A program made the position numbers and the translations under genes. This document shows positions 60,027 through 64,000 of a DNA stretch of 64,000 nucleotides, piece after piece (the first letter of the stretch is position 1; each line of letters opens with the position of its first letter). The notes beneath the pieces were generated by a model. That model was not told the origin of the DNA. It saw nothing but the letters and a program-made list of their open reading frames with translations, and did not search any database. Source of the DNA: a virus. Where the stretch lies: positions 75,611 through 139,610 of IMG/VR virus record IMGVR_UViG_3300033512_000218; one strand, 5' to 3'.

Positions 60027-61711
60027 ACAAAAAAGTATTAAATACAATTAAAATTAAGTAAAATTTCTTTATTTTATTTAATTATATTTATGATTACGAT
60101 TAAATTAAATATTATCTCCAACTCAAATCCCAATTATATAATTGAAAAACAAAAGAATTACTCTTTTGCTTTTAGAAAATTATATAAAAATTTTATTTTA
60201 GACGATAAAATATTTAATAAATATCTAATAGATAAATATAAATTATCTGTTTATGAATTTAATTGTTTAATAATTGATGTTAAAACTAAAATTAATCAAG
60301 TTAAAACTCAAAAGGATAAATTAGAATCAAAAATAATCTCAATAGAAAAAGATATAAAAGTATTACAAAATAATAAAAAATCTATTAAAAATACAAGAAA
60401 AATATTTAAACTTAATAAAAGTTTAAATTATTTTAATAAATTATTATCTAAAGATATTGTATTCGGAAATAAAAAAATATTACAACAAATAAGTTATTTA
60501 TCAAATAATAAATTATTGAATAACAATGATATAATAAGTCATAAAAAAATATATAAAAATAACAGATTATTATCTATTAATTATGTTGGAAGTAAAAACG
60601 ACCCAAATAGTAATAGATATTTTAATTTTGATTTTGATAATAATGTAATTATTTATAAACAACCTAATAAAACAAAAATAGAGTTAAAATATAAAGTATC
60701 AAATAATTACAAAAAGTATTTAAATAGATTACAAGAAATAAAAGATAATAAAATATTACCAATATCAGTTCGATTAACACATAAATTTATATATTTAACA
60801 ATAGATAATCAAAAATTAAATGGTTATGATTTTAAACAATTAGAATATAATAAAAAAGTAGAGGAAATAAAGGATAAACGGATAAGAAAAGATATATACA
60901 TTGATTTTTGTAATGAACAAAAAGAAAGAATGTTACAAAATAAATTACCTAATCGATACATGTCAATTGATTTAAATCCAAATTATATTGGATGTTGTAT
61001 ATTAGATAAAATAGATGAGGATAATTTTAACATTGTTGATAAATTCTGTTTCGATTTAAGTAAATTAAATATAAAATCTAATAAGAATAGTAATGATAAA
61101 TTATCAAAATATTTAAATAATAAAAGAAAATACGAAATAAGTATAATTTATAAAGTATTGTTTAATAAAGCAAAACACTATAAATTATCTCATTTTGTAA
61201 TGGAAGAATTAAATTTTAAACAACAAAATATAAATGATAAACCAAAAGAGTTTAACAGATTAATCAAAAACGTTTGGAATTTAAATTATCAATTTGAATT
61301 AATTAATAAATATTGTTTAGAAAGAGGGATTGAGTTAATAGAAGTCAATCCAGTTTATTCAAGTTTTATAGGAAATATTTTATATAATTATTTCGACCCA
61401 GTCAATTCAAGTATTGAGATATGTAGAAGAGGAATAATTAAATATATAAAAAACAACAAATTTTACCCAATAATAACAAGTACAATAATTGACACTATGA
61501 TAAATAGATTTCATTTAGAATCTATTGGAGATGTTCAATTTATTAAAGATTGTGAAAGTTGGATAGAATTATATAAAAATACAAAATCTCGAAATTTTAT
61601 ATATCGAGTACAATTAGATGATGTAAGTCATCAATTGTTCAGCTTAAACAATACAAAAAGTAAAGTAAATTATATTACTTTTTAACCATTTTGTATTGTT
61701 TTAGTATATAA
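60027..61711 (+). mobile_element. Non-autonomous tnpB-only derivative of the IS607 element
   Basis: Ends homologous to copy 1; excision restores NYCSK-HCWF frame. Confidence 0.85.
60090..61685 (+). CDS. tnpB: TnpB-like RNA-guided nuclease lacking Zn finger (copy 2)
   Basis: Close paralog of 28627..30216; D-E-D residues retained. Confidence 0.85.
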   Translation: MITIKLNIISNSNPNYIIEKQKNYSFAFRKLYKNFILDDKIFNKYLIDKYKLSVYEFNCLIIDVKTKINQVKTQKDKLESKIISIEKDIKVLQNNKKSIKNTRKIFKLNKSLNYFNKLLSKDIVFGNKKILQQISYLSNNKLLNNNDIISHKKIYKNNRLLSINYVGSKNDPNSNRYFNFDFDNNVIIYKQPNKTKIELKYKVSNNYKKYLNRLQEIKDNKILPISVRLTHKFIYLTIDNQKLNGYDFKQLEYNKKVEEIKDKRIRKDIYIDFCNEQKERMLQNKLPNRYMSIDLNPNYIGCCILDKIDEDNFNIVDKFCFDLSKLNIKSNKNSNDKLSKYLNNKRKYEISIIYKVLFNKAKHYKLSHFVMEELNFKQQNINDKPKEFNRLIKNVWNLNYQFELINKYCLERGIELIEVNPVYSSFIGNILYNYFDPVNSSIEICRRGIIKYIKNNKFYPIITSTIIDTMINRFHLESIGDVQFIKDCESWIELYKNTKSRNFIYRVQLDDVSHQLFSLNNTKSKVNYITF

Positions 61712-61730
61712 ACATTGTTGGTTTAAAATT
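61520..61730 (+). ncRNA. Putative omegaRNA plus guide (copy 2; 5' boundary approximate)
   Basis: Same stems as copy 1 with GTAA tetraloop and G-U variant. Confidence 0.65.
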
Positions 61731-63032
61731 CAACATAATAAAACGCATGAAATAAGAAATTGTAGGATATGTGATACAGAATTTGAGTGTAGCAAAATAA
61801 GTACAAAACAATATTGTTGCTTTAAATGTAGTAGAACTGATAAATCACTGTATGATAAAATGAAAAATACAATGATTGAACGTTATAGTACCGATAACTA
61901 TTCAAAAACAAATGAGTTTAAAAAATACATACAAAAAAATAGTTATTTTAAAACAAAAGAATTTCAAGAAAAAGCAAAACTTACCAAACAAACACGTTAT
62001 AATAATAAAAATTATAATAATCGAAAAAAATCAATAAACAGTATATTTAAATTTTATTATAATAATTTAATTGAATCAAACAGATTGAATAAATTAGTTA
62101 TTCCTTTGTTTTCATTGGATGATTATAAGGGAGTAAAAATAAAATATGATTTTAAATGTATTAAATGTGAAAATGAATTTCAATCAACTTTAAATTATGG
62201 AATTATTCCACGTTGTACTGTTTGTTTTCCTATTATAAGAAATGATTCAATAGGAGAAAATGAATTATATGAATATATTAAACACTTTTACCAAATGAAA
62301 TTATACTAAAGAATTATAATAAAATATTACCTAAAAATTCTGAATTAGATATTTATATTCCTTCATATAATATAGCGGTTGAATATAATGGATTATATTG
62401 GCATAGTATTAAGTATAAAAACAAATACTATCACTATTGGAAATATAATGAGTGTAAAAATAGAAATATTGATTTAATTCAAATATTTGAACATGAATGG
62501 TTATTTAAAAAGGATATTATAAAATCATTGATAAAATATAAACTTAATCTTATTGAAAATAGAATTTATGCAAAACATTGTTTGATTCGTACTATAAATA
62601 ATGATATATCAAAATCATTTTTAGATTTGAATAATATAAAAGGAATATTATCTGGTAAAATAAAATTAGGTTTATTTTATAATGAGGAATTGGTAGGAGT
62701 AATTTTATTTAATAGATTAAAAAATAATAATTATAAAATAATTTCATATTGTACCAAAATCAATTATTCAATTATCGGAGGGTTTAATAAATTGATAAAA
62801 TATTTTATTATTAAATATAAACCTACTTCAATTATTAGTTATATTGATAAAAGATTTTTTAATGAAAAAATACATAGTTATACTCATTTTAAATTAGTGG
62901 GGAATTATAATAAACTTAACTGCTATTATTTTAAAGGTTATGATGTTTATAATAATATACCTAAAAATACTAAAATAAACGATTTTAAACGATTTTATGA
63001 TTGTGGTGAGTATAAGTATATATTAAACATAA

Positions 63033-63066
63033 AAAAGCCCTAAGAATTAAAATTATTAGGGCTTTT
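63033..63066. terminator. Bidirectional terminator
   Basis: AAAAGCCCTAA-loop-TTAGGGCTTTT. Confidence 0.8.
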
Positions 63067-63080
63067 AAGTATATTTTTAT

Positions 63081-63959
63081 TTATTCTATTTCTGTCAAAA
63101 TGTATTTATATTCATTTTTTAATTTATTTAAAAATTCAGTAACTTTATTAGAATCGAAATCTGTTCCAAATACTTCTTCTAATGCAACTGTTACTGTATA
63201 AGTTTCAGTTTCAGTATACACTTTTTCCGAAGGTATAATTCTTTGTTTAACTACAACAGTTTCAACTGCTGGTTTAGTTTTTTTAGTTTTTTTAATAATT
63301 TCTTCTACTTTAATTTTTTCACCTTCTTTTTTATTGGATTTTAATTCTTCTAATAATTCATTTTGAGTTGTTGAATTATTACCACTTACTAAGTGATGTG
63401 CGGCAGTAATAGTTAATTCTTTATTTTCAACTGCTTTTTTTACTTTAAAGCTGGCTTCATTTTGGAAATTGATTAGGTTGTAAACTTTTTGATAGGACAT
63501 TCCTGTTTTTTTTGCAATTTGGTCATTTGTCCAACCAAAGTTTTTTAATTTAATAACAATATTACTAATTTCAATATCGGATAATTTTCTTGTTAAATTT
63601 GATTGATTGAAATGTCCTAATAATATTAGTTTTTCATCTATTTTTTCAATTTTACAAAATAATTTAGTTATTTCGGGATGTGTTTTAGATAATTCAAATA
63701 CAGCTCTTGTTCTTCTATATCCAGCTTTAACTTTATATCGTCCATTACCAATATTTTCAACTGAAACAGGTTCTATTTGTTCGTTTTCAAGAATGTTGTT
63801 TTTAAACTCTTCCCATTGTTCAGGTGTATCATAATAATTATCCCAGGTTCTTGGATTGTCATTCCAAATAACTTCAATGTTTTCTAAATCAATATAATAA
63901 GTACTTCTTTCTCTTTCTGGTTTATTACCATTTCCAACTGCAATAATATTTTCTAACAT
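63081..63959 (-). CDS. ParB/Srx-like N-terminal domain protein with HTH
   Basis: NPR, I.E..QIEPV.V, AGYRRTRA, GWTNDQIAKKTG.S...V. Confidence 0.85.
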   Translation of the reverse strand: MLENIIAVGNGNKPERERSTYYIDLENIEVIWNDNPRTWDNYYDTPEQWEEFKNNILENEQIEPVSVENIGNGRYKVKAGYRRTRAVFELSKTHPEITKLFCKIEKIDEKLILLGHFNQSNLTRKLSDIEISNIVIKLKNFGWTNDQIAKKTGMSYQKVYNLINFQNEASFKVKKAVENKELTITAAHHLVSGNNSTTQNELLEELKSNKKEGEKIKVEEIIKKTKKTKPAVETVVVKQRIIPSEKVYTETETYTVTVALEEVFGTDFDSNKVTEFLNKLKNEYKYILTEIE

Positions 63960-64000
63960 AACATATATTTTTTTAAGGTTAATTTTAAATTTTAAATTCG

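Larger units (their letters stand above)
59716..63043 (+). pseudogene. Hef-like homing endonuclease interrupted by TnpB element and frameshift
   Basis: Zn modules (CKIC..H...H, CSCGC, CTIC...YCSK/HC), MIERY.TDN, ELDIYIP..NIAVEYNGLYWHS, QIFEHEW, IIGGFNKL, YDCG; shift ~62281. Confidence 0.8.

Noticed and set aside
1641-63834. Many short ORFs antisense to longer genes (e.g. 1641, 1879, 5430, 17254, 28306, 42282, 46821, 56560, 63607)
   Set aside because: Overlap better-supported genes on the opposite strand and show no recognisable motifs.

Overview
A very AT-rich (roughly 20% GC by eye) segment of a large T4-like myophage genome with a Bacteroidota host. The host call rests on 12 copies of a TTTG/TAnnTTTG Bacteroidota-type promoter and a phage protein with a T9SS sorting domain. 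Late/structural blocks (baseplate-like genes, tape measure, neck, tail fibres, sheath, tube, putative internal head proteins), nearly all on the + strand, follow a GTATTTAT motif. They alternate with islands of small early genes driven by the repeated promoter cassette. Accessory content includes DNA ligase, clamp-loader subunits, an MT-A70 methylase, two ADP-ribosyltransferase-like proteins, NADAR, nucleotidyltransferases, a HAD phosphatase, an HD alarmone-hydrolase-like protein, a histidine-kinase-like protein, DenV, a ParB-like protein and tRNA-His. Two related IS607/TnpB elements each interrupt a phage gene; their TnpB lacks the Zn finger, and an omegaRNA-like structure and a shared GTAA target motif are readable from the sequence. 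About ten small accessory genes carry nonsense or frameshift lesions while the long structural genes are intact. Best candidates for undescribed biology: a phage-encoded T9SS cargo protein, a repeated capsid-targeting/protease-site leader on varied cargo enzymes, the Zn-less TnpB homing system, a tail-tube paralog lacking its stacking hairpin, and a membrane-anchored ADP-ribosyltransferase. All functional calls are from motif recognition only; no database searches were run.
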